NCBI GenBank assembly: GCA_965601925.1
Contig: OZ271854.1
Span: 3,264,001-3,328,000, forward strand
DNA: 64,000 bases
Direction of reading: 5' to 3'
Source: Alkalispirochaeta sp.
GTDB taxonomy: Bacteria; Spirochaetota; Spirochaetia; DSM-27196; Alkalispirochaetaceae
Shown here: positions 55,760-64,000 of the stretch, in pieces
How positions within the stretch are numbered: the stretch's first letter is position 1
Layout of the letters: each line of letters begins with the position of its first letter
The notes under the pieces: generated by a model
What the model was told of the DNA's origin: nothing
The model's input: only the letters and a program-made list of their open reading frames with translations
Database searches by the model: none
Translations under genes and position numbers: made by a program

Positions 55760-56564
55760 TAACGAGGCCCGACAACAGTACTTCGAACGCATAAAAGAGT
55801 ACAAACAGGTCGCTGAGGCTATCCTTCAGAGAGAAAAGGGCCTCCAGAAGATCGTGCACGGCCAATCCGCCGGTGCCGCGTACAAGTATCTTGCCCTTGC
55901 CGACGAGCGTCTCAACTTAGCTTCGTACTACCTCCTGCAAAATTCACTGTCGGTGACGCTTTTGGGAGTCAAGAACGAGGCGTTTCTCAACGACGCCCGC
56001 AAGAGCTGTTATCAGGCCGTCATCTATTTGGAGGAGGTCGTCTCGAACTATGTCGACGTGGCGTTCTCCGACTATTCGGATCTGTTGGAGGAGATCGAAG
56101 GGTTCGAAGACGAGAAACGGCACCATTTAGTCCGTAAAATCGGCCTCACCATCCAGTTGGTCGAGGACGCCTTCGGCGCCAACTCGAAGTGGCGCTGGGC
56201 TTTTGTAGAACTTGAAGGACGATACGCCGCGGTTGCGAAAAACCTGATCAACTTCAAGACGTTTGTAGCCGGCATGGACCCGACTATCGATGGATATCGG
56301 GCGCGAATGTCCCACTTCGATTTGGTACAAGAGCTCCTCTTGGTCGCTGCGGACCGTTATCGCGAGAAATACGAGTTGTCGACGCTCCGTATCGATGATT
56401 TCAAGCGTGCCCTCGCATTTCTCTCGGCGCTGCGACGTATCTATATCTTGCTCGGTGACAGCGAAAAGGCCGAGGAGATCAAGAAGAAGATGGACATCTG
56501 GAAGACCAAAATGGAAACCGACGAGAAGACCCAGGCGCGCCGGAAGAGGCGAGCGGAGGAGTAG
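55746..56564 (+). CDS. Conserved hypothetical all-helical protein
   Basis: Overlaps the recN end; strong coding pattern; no recognised motif. Confidence 0.7.
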   Translation: MAKISNEARQQYFERIKEYKQVAEAILQREKGLQKIVHGQSAGAAYKYLALADERLNLASYYLLQNSLSVTLLGVKNEAFLNDARKSCYQAVIYLEEVVSNYVDVAFSDYSDLLEEIEGFEDEKRHHLVRKIGLTIQLVEDAFGANSKWRWAFVELEGRYAAVAKNLINFKTFVAGMDPTIDGYRARMSHFDLVQELLLVAADRYREKYELSTLRIDDFKRALAFLSALRRIYILLGDSEKAEEIKKKMDIWKTKMETDEKTQARRKRRAEE

Positions 56565-56566
56565 CG

Positions 56567-57709
56567 GTGTGGGCCGTTGCGCGGTTTCTGTTCGCCGTCC
56601 TCATAGGTAGTATCGTCGCCGCCTTCTTGCCGCGGTCGATCGGTGGTGAAATACGATTCGTTGTACCGTGGGATCTGCGTCTGACCCCTTCCGGAGCGGC
56701 GGCCCGCGATGCGTCGGCCGCGGGCGCGTTCGACGCATTTGCCGTGGAGACGAGTACGATGCTCGTGTTGGTGGAGTCGGGGACCGGACGGGTTGTTGCG
56801 TCGGTACCGCGCGGCGAGTCGGCCACCGCTTCGGAACACGCATACATCAGTCAACCATCCTCGTCATCCAATTGGACCGTACGTGATTGGGACGGTGAAA
56901 TCATCATGATTGTTCCCAATGTGGGCCTGCCGCGCATCGAGGGTGATATGTTGCTGCAGTTCGCGCCGGACGGTTCGATAACGACGCACCATCTTTCACG
57001 GCGTTGGCGACATACGATGGGCCCAGCGAACGACCTTACGGTGTACGGCGTGCTCTCCTCGGACGCTACGGCGTTTATCGGTCGCGGTACGTTGCGGGGC
57101 GATGTCGAGGTTGCTTCCATGGTCGACCGGCGTGTCTGGAGGCACCGATTCGATTTTTCATACTTCTCCGGTGCGGTGCCGACGGTGTATAGCCTGAAGC
57201 TCGCACCGATCGTCGACCGTGCCGATCGCGACACCGACTCCCTCGTAGCCGAGATTACCGTTCTCCGCGGTCTCAATCCTCAGATGATCTCCATCGGCGC
57301 GCTCGGTATTCGAGACGAAGAGTCTTTTCGCCTCGACCGTGAGGTACCGCGCGAGATGGCCGTGCGATGGCCGACGGGAATCGTAACACTCGAAGACGGG
57401 CGCACTATCGTCGGGCTTGCAGGAGGTTTTGCGCTGATACGGCCGATCGAGGGCGAGATCGGCTTTTATCGCGTTCCCGGTGTGGTCGGAATCGACGGCG
57501 TGTTGGAAACGGCCGGCGACAAACTAGCCATGTCCTTTCCCTATACCGGGGGAACGACGATTGCCGTCGGTGACGCGCAGATTCAACGCGTGTACACCGT
57601 GGCGCTTCCCGGGCTTCGCGCACGCGCACTCGCCCGACGCCCCGACGATGCCGCGCTGTTCATAATGGAGCGTGACGACCTCCTGCTTGCCGTAGAGGTG
57701 CGACGATGA
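56567..57709 (+). CDS. Hypothetical membrane-anchored beta-rich protein (possible propeller)
   Basis: N-terminal TM; repeated short beta strands; coupled to neighbours. Confidence 0.6.
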   Translation: MWAVARFLFAVLIGSIVAAFLPRSIGGEIRFVVPWDLRLTPSGAAARDASAAGAFDAFAVETSTMLVLVESGTGRVVASVPRGESATASEHAYISQPSSSSNWTVRDWDGEIIMIVPNVGLPRIEGDMLLQFAPDGSITTHHLSRRWRHTMGPANDLTVYGVLSSDATAFIGRGTLRGDVEVASMVDRRVWRHRFDFSYFSGAVPTVYSLKLAPIVDRADRDTDSLVAEITVLRGLNPQMISIGALGIRDEESFRLDREVPREMAVRWPTGIVTLEDGRTIVGLAGGFALIRPIEGEIGFYRVPGVVGIDGVLETAGDKLAMSFPYTGGTTIAVGDAQIQRVYTVALPGLRARALARRPDDAALFIMERDDLLLAVEVRR

Positions 57710-58572
57710 CCTCCCGCCGATCCGGACGCCGCGGCGTCGCTGCGTGCGCACTGTTCTGGATCGTCGCAGGTTCCCTCGCTTACGGAGAGGGATGGCGCTG
57801 GCCGACCGACGATATCTCCTCAGTCGGCTCCGTCAACGAGCCGGGCCGACCGTTCGGCATCGTGATGTCAGGACCCGTAGCCCCCATCCCCGGAGCGACC
57901 GAACGTGCCGAGCAGGCGCCGCGAGCGTATCGTATCGCGGCGCCCGGCGAGGCGTTTTACCGAGACACACCGAGCGCGCGTCCCGGTCTTGCCGGGCGGA
58001 GTGTACCCGCGGCGACTGAGCGCGTAGCGGTGCGTCACGGCGAGGAGTTGTGGACGATGTATCGCGCCGCCTCCCTTTTTCTGCCCGACCGGGGAAGCTC
58101 GCTCGATCTCTTTTTCGGCGACGCCCCCCTTACACTCACCGTTTTGGATGCGATATCGATGCGCGTCGTCAACCCGCGAGCGCTTCTGCCCCTAGACGAT
58201 GCGCTTTCGACGGACGGACTCCCATGGCTCGAGTTTCGACAAGCGGGCTCAGCGGTCAGATCCGCCGACTTGTCGATTGGTCCCGCCGTTTTGGTCGTCC
58301 CCGCCGAGCGGTTGGACGCATTCAACCTGCCGGAGCACATCTACGTATTGCGGGACGGCTTGCTCGTCGACGAGGTGAACTCGATCTACCCCGATGTTCT
58401 GCGCCGCCGACTCTTATCCGACGGGAGTCTACTTATACTCGATACTGAGTTCGATGCGGGACGAACGACGATAGAGCTCGAGGCGCACCGGTTCGACGGA
58501 AGCGTTCAACGTCGTGTTTTGCGTATCAATGTGCCGGCACCTCCCATCGCGACGCCACTTGACACGCCGTAA
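57706..58572 (+). CDS. Secreted protein with a degenerate M23/LytM-like domain
   Basis: Signal peptide; WRWP, IAAPGE, VAVRH..LWTMY and VVNPRALL follow the M23 layout without HxxxD/HxH. Confidence 0.5.
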   Translation: MTSRRSGRRGVAACALFWIVAGSLAYGEGWRWPTDDISSVGSVNEPGRPFGIVMSGPVAPIPGATERAEQAPRAYRIAAPGEAFYRDTPSARPGLAGRSVPAATERVAVRHGEELWTMYRAASLFLPDRGSSLDLFFGDAPLTLTVLDAISMRVVNPRALLPLDDALSTDGLPWLEFRQAGSAVRSADLSIGPAVLVVPAERLDAFNLPEHIYVLRDGLLVDEVNSIYPDVLRRRLLSDGSLLILDTEFDAGRTTIELEAHRFDGSVQRRVLRINVPAPPIATPLDTP

Positions 58573-58613
58573 GCCATTTTTCACAATCACATAATGTCTC
58601 TGGGGATATTCCG

Positions 58614-59318
58614 ATGATCCGTACACGTTTGGAGGAGCTTTCTTTGGAAGCGCTCCTATTGGTTGCGTCGCACAACGGCCTGGATCCCGATCCGGATGTC
58701 GACAGGGACGTTCTCGTTGATCAGCTCGTCGATCTGATCATCGAAAATCGTGAGGAACGCGAATCTGCCAACAGCGCGACCGTGCGAATCCAGCAGAAGA
58801 AGTATTCTTTGCGAGACGACGAGATTCCGATTCTTCAGAACCGTCTCGACGAGATTGAGCTTCCCGACCACTACGAGACGAACCGTATAACTCTCATGCT
58901 TCGAGACCCGGGGTGGGCCTATACCTATTGGGATCTGAGCTCCGCCAAGGCGAAAGAATACCAGGCGTCGAGTCGATTCGACGGACTGTATCTACGCGTG
59001 TTGGAGCTGGAGCCGGGCGCGGATGAGTTGCGTATTCGCGATTCCTTCGAGATACCGGTGCAGCTTACCGACTCGAGTTGGTATATCCACATTCCCAAGC
59101 AGGAGACCTCGTATCGCATTCAGCTGGTCGGACGCAACAACCATCGGCGCGAACTTTTGGCGGTATCCAATCAAGTCTACGTTCCCGTTTCAAAACTGCC
59201 CCACGCTCCCGGCGAGCTCGCGCCGATTCAAATGGCGCTCTACGAGTTGTGTGGGCTCGAATACTTGGAAGTATCACCCTTTGGCGAAGATGCGCCGGAT
59301 GCGGTGGTGAAGCGATGA
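58614..59318 (+). CDS. DUF4912 family protein
   Basis: LPDHYETNRITLMLRDPGWAYTYWD...WYIHI...SN; TTGACA-N17-CACAAT promoter at 58559-58587. Confidence 0.8.
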   Translation: MIRTRLEELSLEALLLVASHNGLDPDPDVDRDVLVDQLVDLIIENREERESANSATVRIQQKKYSLRDDEIPILQNRLDEIELPDHYETNRITLMLRDPGWAYTYWDLSSAKAKEYQASSRFDGLYLRVLELEPGADELRIRDSFEIPVQLTDSSWYIHIPKQETSYRIQLVGRNNHRRELLAVSNQVYVPVSKLPHAPGELAPIQMALYELCGLEYLEVSPFGEDAPDAVVKR

Positions 59319-60943
59319 CGCGCGGAAACTCGATTCTCCTCCTCCATTCCCACCTTCCGCTGGTGCGACATCCCGAGTACGAATCGTTTTTGGAGGAGCG
59401 GTGGCTCTTCGAGGCGATCAGCGAGACGTATCTGCCCCTCTTGCGCATGATGGGCCGCCTGGAAGAGGAAGAGATTCCCTTTCATTTAGCGATGTCTTTC
59501 TCACCGACGTTGTGTTTCATGCTCAAAGACGCATTCCTCATGGAGCGTTATGCGGCGTATCTGGAACGCAACTTGGAACTCGCCGAAAAGGAGATCGAAC
59601 GAACTCGATCGGATCGTCACATGCAGCGTTTGGCGACGATGTATCGCGATCGCTATGCGGCGGATCTGCACGATTTGCACGAGGTGTACGAGGGAAACTT
59701 TCTCAAAGGGTTCGATCACTTTGCGCGTCGCGGCTACATCGAGTTGCTGGCCACGGCGGCTACCCACGCATTTTTGCCGAACTATCGTCACCTCGAAGAG
59801 ACGGTACGCGTGGAGGTGGAACTCGGCGTCGAATCTCATCGCAGCGCTTTCAGCGCCTCGCCGCGCGGTTTCTGGCTTCCCCAGTGCGGCTACTACGAGG
59901 GGTTGGACGAAATCATCGCCGACGCCGGGCTTGACTACTTCGTGAGCTCAGCTCACGGCGTGCTGTTCGGTTCTCCCTCACCGAAGAACGGTACCTATGC
60001 GCCGGTGCGCACGCCGGGAGGAGTCGTCGCATTTCCTCGTGATGTGTATACCGCCACGTGGGTCTGGTCCTCCGACAAAGGGTATCCCGCCGATCCGGTC
60101 TATCGCGATTTCTACCGTGACATCGGTTACGATTTATCTCTCGACTACATCCGGCCGTATATCCACGCCGACGATATCCGCATCGACACCGGGTTCAAGT
60201 ACCACGCTATTACCGGCGCGACCGACGATAAACAGCTGTACGATATCGAGCGCGCGCAAGAGAAGACGCGCGAGCACGCACGCGACTTCTTTTATCGCCA
60301 GCGCGAGCACGTTGCGCGCCTGGCCGAGGTCGTTGCGGTAGATCCGGTTATCATGAGTCCGTTCGATACCGAGCTTTTCGGCCACTGGTGGTTCGAGGGA
60401 CCGCTCTGGTTGGAGGAGCTCTGTCGTGTCACCTATGAGGAGTCGAACACTGAGTCCCAATCGCGTTTGACGATGACGACGCCCAGCCGTTATTTGCGGG
60501 AATGCGGACCAGCCGAGGATGTTGCGCCGACGTTCTCCAGTTGGGGGAGCCGAGGATACGCCGAGGTGTGGCTCGATGGATCCAACGATTGGATCTATCG
60601 GCATATTCATCAAGCGATCGAGCGCATGGGCGAGCTCGTGGCGCGATTTCCCGACGAGTCGGGACTCAAGGAGCGGGCGCTCAACCAGGCGGCCCGTGAA
60701 GTGCTTCTCGCAATGACCTCCGACTGGCCGTTCATTATGAATGCACGGACCGTCGTGCCGTACGCGACGCGGCGTATCAAAGAGCACCTGTTGAACTTCA
60801 CGCGCGTGTACGATGCACTCTCGCAGCGCAGCATGGGCACCGAGTGGCTCACCGCATTGGAAAAGAAACACCCCGTCTTTCCTCAGCTGAACTATCGACG
60901 TATGAAACTCGCCACCACCGAGACGTTGCGGCACCTGTTGTAA
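59315..60943 (+). CDS. Glycoside hydrolase family 57, branching-enzyme type (nucleophile E>Q)
   Basis: HSHLP, ETYLP, ATHAFLP, WLPQC, DTELFGHWWFEG and SDWPF; start at ATG 59315 (ATGA overlap). Confidence 0.9.
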   Translation: MTRGNSILLLHSHLPLVRHPEYESFLEERWLFEAISETYLPLLRMMGRLEEEEIPFHLAMSFSPTLCFMLKDAFLMERYAAYLERNLELAEKEIERTRSDRHMQRLATMYRDRYAADLHDLHEVYEGNFLKGFDHFARRGYIELLATAATHAFLPNYRHLEETVRVEVELGVESHRSAFSASPRGFWLPQCGYYEGLDEIIADAGLDYFVSSAHGVLFGSPSPKNGTYAPVRTPGGVVAFPRDVYTATWVWSSDKGYPADPVYRDFYRDIGYDLSLDYIRPYIHADDIRIDTGFKYHAITGATDDKQLYDIERAQEKTREHARDFFYRQREHVARLAEVVAVDPVIMSPFDTELFGHWWFEGPLWLEELCRVTYEESNTESQSRLTMTTPSRYLRECGPAEDVAPTFSSWGSRGYAEVWLDGSNDWIYRHIHQAIERMGELVARFPDESGLKERALNQAAREVLLAMTSDWPFIMNARTVVPYATRRIKEHLLNFTRVYDALSQRSMGTEWLTALEKKHPVFPQLNYRRMKLATTETLRHLL

Positions 60944-61091
60944 GACTTTCGGGTACGTGCCTGCAGCCGGGAAGCACCCCTCGTTGTTCCGTCCTTTCGT
61001 AATTATCGCTCCTCGTTGATCGGTACTATCTGTTTGTATAGTGGTTGGTTCCGGTAATCCATTATTCCCCTCGGAATTCTGTCTACAAACA

Positions 61092-61164
61092 TTGACATCC
61101 CCCCGGATCGCTTTAGTATATAGGTGGTGTGGGAAAAAGTGGGAAAAGATAGGGGAAAGTGGCA
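61092..61164 (+). promoter_or_regulatory. dcw promoter with MraZ-type operator repeats
   Basis: TTGACA (61092) and TAGTAT (61114); GTGG boxes at 61129, 61139 and 61159 on a 10-bp period. Confidence 0.7.
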
Positions 61165-61172
61165 GATAAGGG

Positions 61173-61616
61173 ATGATTACTGGGCAATACCGCAACGCAC
61201 TTGACGATAAGGGGCGCGTGCTCATTCCGAGCAAGCTCCGGTCCGAGGTGCCCGGAAACACCTTGGTAATCACCTCGGGCATCGACCGCTGTCTGTGGCT
61301 CTTTCCCCCGGAGGAGTGGAAGCACCTATCGGACAAACTGATGGAAGCTGCCTCTCCGTTTTCCCGTAAGGCGCGACTGCTACAGCGCCGTATCATCGCA
61401 CCGGCACAGGAGGTGGAGCTGGACAAAGCGGGTCGCGTTCTGATTCCCCCGAGTCTCAAGGAGACGGCGGGGTTGAAGAAAGAGTGTGTTTTACACGGCA
61501 TCAAGAAATACATCGAGATCTGGGACGTGGACGAGTACGCTGCGTATCTCAAAGAAAATGAAGACGAGTTTCAGGAGGCGGCCGAGGAACTGGGAGGGTC
61601 CGTCTCCTTCTTCTGA
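61173..61616 (+). CDS. mraZ: Transcriptional regulator MraZ
   Basis: LDDKGRVLIP and LDKAGRVLIP repeats; EIW. Confidence 0.95.
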   Translation: MITGQYRNALDDKGRVLIPSKLRSEVPGNTLVITSGIDRCLWLFPPEEWKHLSDKLMEAASPFSRKARLLQRRIIAPAQEVELDKAGRVLIPPSLKETAGLKKECVLHGIKKYIEIWDVDEYAAYLKENEDEFQEAAEELGGSVSFF

Positions 61617-61618
61617 GT

Positions 61619-62548
61619 ATGGCGGCTGAGCATATTCCGGTCATGCTTGACCAAGTGGTGGAGTGCTTCGCTCCGCTTCCGGCGAATGCTCGGATATGCG
61701 ACGCAACACTTGGAGGAGGTGGGCATACGGCGCGCCTCCTGGAACTGTGTCCTTCATGCAGCGTCGTCGCGATCGACGCCGATCCGACCATGGTGCAGCG
61801 CGCCGAGGCGCGATTTGGGGGCGAACCCCGGCTCTCGATCATTCACGGCTGGTTCGACGAGGTGCTGGGCGATTTGAGTCGACTCGATCGAATCATCATG
61901 GATATCGGCGTATCGATGTTCCATTTGAGAGAGCCGGAGCGCGGTTTTTCCGTGCGCGACGACGGGCCGCTCGATATGCGACTCGATGCAGCCGGAGACG
62001 GGGAGACCGCGGAGATGCTGCTGCGGCGTTTGAATGAACGAGACCTCGCCGATGTGATCTTTCGGTACGGCGAGGAACGTTATTCGCGCCGCATCGCCCG
62101 TGCCATCGTACGCGAGCGGGGAGCCGGTATTGCGACGACCGAACGCCTGGCGGAAATCGTGCGACGCGCGGTGCCGCCTGAGTATCGCCGGGGACGCAAT
62201 CACCCGGCGACGAGAACGTTCCAGGCGTTACGCATCGTCGTTAACGACGAGTTGGGGCGGCTGGAGCGTGCGCTCCCGCGGGCGGCTCGTGCGTTGGCTC
62301 CCGGGGGGAGGTTGGCGGTGATCAGTTTCCACTCTCTCGAGGACCGGATCGTAAAACACACGTTTCGTCGACTGGCAGGACGCTCTACCGGCGACGAGGA
62401 TCGGCCGATGTATGAAGATACGGGGCGTTTTCGCGTCGTGACGCGTAAACCCCTATTGCCGAGCGAGTCGGAAGTTCGGTTAAATCCGCCCTCGAGAAGT
62501 GCCAAGATGCGCGTGCTCGAGCGAGACGAAGGAGAGTTGGGGCGATGA
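61619..62548 (+). CDS. rsmH: 16S rRNA m4C1402 methyltransferase
   Basis: HIPVML, DATLGGGGH, GPLDMR, HPATRTFQALRI and SFHSLEDRIVK. Confidence 0.97.
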   Translation: MAAEHIPVMLDQVVECFAPLPANARICDATLGGGGHTARLLELCPSCSVVAIDADPTMVQRAEARFGGEPRLSIIHGWFDEVLGDLSRLDRIIMDIGVSMFHLREPERGFSVRDDGPLDMRLDAAGDGETAEMLLRRLNERDLADVIFRYGEERYSRRIARAIVRERGAGIATTERLAEIVRRAVPPEYRRGRNHPATRTFQALRIVVNDELGRLERALPRAARALAPGGRLAVISFHSLEDRIVKHTFRRLAGRSTGDEDRPMYEDTGRFRVVTRKPLLPSESEVRLNPPSRSAKMRVLERDEGELGR

Positions 62549-62841
62549 ATGTGACGATACGCAAGATTATTCTCTACACCTTGGTGCTCATCGTGCCCCT
62601 TCTTTTCGTCGGTAACGTTCGGCAATCCTTTCGTTTCGTGCAGCTGGAACGCGAGATGGAGCGAATGCACGCGGAGCACATACGAGTGCTCGAGGAGAAT
62701 AAGCGATTGGTCGTCGGTATATCCAGTTTGCGCTCGCCGTCGCGCATAAGAGCCATCGCCGAGAACGATCTCGGTCTCGAGGCCGTGTCGGCGGGGCGAG
62801 TCAGGCGGATCGAGCTCAACGGAGGGTTGCGTGGCCAGTAA
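62545..62841 (+). CDS. ftsL: Cell division protein FtsL
   Basis: TM plus coiled coil, LRSPSRI..IA...LG; position after rsmH. Confidence 0.8.
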   Translation: MNVTIRKIILYTLVLIVPLLFVGNVRQSFRFVQLEREMERMHAEHIRVLEENKRLVVGISSLRSPSRIRAIAENDLGLEAVSAGRVRRIELNGGLRGQ

Positions 62842-64000
62842 CCTTCTACCGTCGATTGCGGAACTCGGCGAAATTCTCGGCGCCCAAGAGCTTGCCCATA
62901 CGAGTCGGTCCGACAACGACGACTCCGGCGCGAGCCCGGCCGGCGTCTGTATCGATTCTCGACAGTGCCGTAACGGTGATCTCTTCTTTGCTCTTTCCGG
63001 AGAGCATACCGACGGCCATCGATTCGTCTCGGCGGCCGCCCGGTCCGGCGCGGTCGCCGCCGTCGTGCGCGATCGAGTGAGTCCCGACGGAACGCCGTGG
63101 CCGCTGCCGGCGCTTCTCGTCGCGGACGCTTTGGATGCTCTGCAGCGCCTCGCCCGGTGGTACGTAGAGCGATACCTCAGCCGTTCGACGACCCGAATCG
63201 GGATTACCGGGAGTAACGGAAAAACCACGACAAAGGAGATGCTCGCGACGATCCTCAAGAGTGTCGATTCGTGCTTCGCGAGCGTCGGTAATCTCAACTC
63301 CGAAACGGGGCTGCCCCTCTCGGTCCTTGCGACACCGCCGGACGTACGATACGCCGTCTACGAAATGGCCATGAGCAATCCCGGAGAGATGGCGCGTCTC
63401 GCACGCATCGTACGCCCTCACTATGCACTCATTACCAATATCGGGACCGCCCACATAGGACTGCTCGGCAGTCGCCGGGCCATCGCGGAAGAAAAAAAGC
63501 GGATCGCTTCTCAGTTCGACGGCCGTCAGGTGCTCATTCTCCCCGAGGACGATGACTTTCGGTCCTTTCTTGCCGACGGCGTTGCGGGGCGTATCGTCGA
63601 TTTCGGTCCGCGCACGCAACACGCGACGGTTGTCCATTCTGCGGACGATCCGACGACGAGAATACGGTTCGAGTCCGGTGAGACGGTCGATGTGCCCTTT
63701 CCCGGAGAACACAACGGTCTGAACGCCCTTGCGGCTTTGGCGGCGGCCGGTGAGTTGGGAGTGGATCGACCGCGCGCCGCCTCGGCACTCGCCGCGTCAA
63801 CGCTCCCGGACGGTAGGAGTCAGCTTCTATCGGCCGAGCGAGGTCGGCGCGTTCTCAACGACTCCTACAACGCCAACCCCGATTCGATGGCGGCGGCGAT
63901 CGGTCTTGCCCGTAGCGCCGGTGCGACCGTCCTTATTCTCGGAGATATGTATGAACTCGGGGCGTTTTCGGCCGAGGGACATCGGGTGGTATTGGACGCC
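62831..64000 (+). CDS. murF: UDP-MurNAc-tripeptide--D-Ala-D-Ala ligase (runs off window)
   Basis: Not in the ORF track. From GTG 62831: IDSR, LFFAL-GE-TDGH, GITGSNGKTTTKE, GNLNSE-G, YEMAM, TNIGTAH, NDSYNANPDSM and LGDMYELG. Confidence 0.95.
   Translation, partial: MASNLLPSIAELGEILGAQELAHTSRSDNDDSGASPAGVCIDSRQCRNGDLFFALSGEHTDGHRFVSAAARSGAVAAVVRDRVSPDGTPWPLPALLVADALDALQRLARWYVERYLSRSTTRIGITGSNGKTTTKEMLATILKSVDSCFASVGNLNSETGLPLSVLATPPDVRYAVYEMAMSNPGEMARLARIVRPHYALITNIGTAHIGLLGSRRAIAEEKKRIASQFDGRQVLILPEDDDFRSFLADGVAGRIVDFGPRTQHATVVHSADDPTTRIRFESGETVDVPFPGEHNGLNALAALAAAGELGVDRPRAASALAASTLPDGRSQLLSAERGRRVLNDSYNANPDSMAAAIGLARSAGATVLILGDMYELGAFSAEGHRVVLDA

Noticed and set aside
59078..59314. N-terminal extensions given by the ORF track (GH57; also rsmD, tlpA, tyrA, CPBP, fadD)
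   Set aside because: They overlap upstream genes or promoters; family homology starts at later codons.

Overview
A GC-rich chromosomal window from a free-living spirochaete (Spirochaetia, Spirochaeta-like), judged from the 16S sequence, spirochaete-type gene order and intact His/Lys/Tyr/fatty-acid biosynthesis genes. It is mostly core genome: hisG-hisZ, rsmD, recG, dnaE, fabZ/fadD, accBCDA, ccdA/tlpA, comEC-rsmA, dapAB, pta, tyrA, two tRNAs, upp, adk, a complete rrn operon (16S, tRNA-Ile, 23S, 5S), a dpp/opp ABC transporter, cheW-nadK-recN, a GH57 locus and the start of the dcw cluster (mraZ-rsmH-ftsL-murF). I saw no prophage, IS, integron or CRISPR array. The best candidate for an undescribed system is a tightly coupled minus-strand unit at 8007-14597. 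It runs: LoaP-type NusG antiterminator, soluble nucleotide-sugar 4,6-dehydratase, intact DegT aminotransferase, then a three-subunit xanthine/CO-dehydrogenase-like complex whose Mo-cofactor motifs and second [2Fe-2S] site look eroded. Three other signals stand out. Several full-length proteins appear to be pseudoenzymes: a DegT paralog lacking the PLP lysine, a GH57 with Gln at the nucleophile, an RlpA-like domain lacking its Asp, and an M23-like protein lacking Zn ligands. Two genes appear to need non-canonical ATT/ATA starts in a near-identical context. A recurrent leaderless promoter architecture places the -10 box 6-7 nt before the start codon. All calls come from motif reading by eye; no searches were run.
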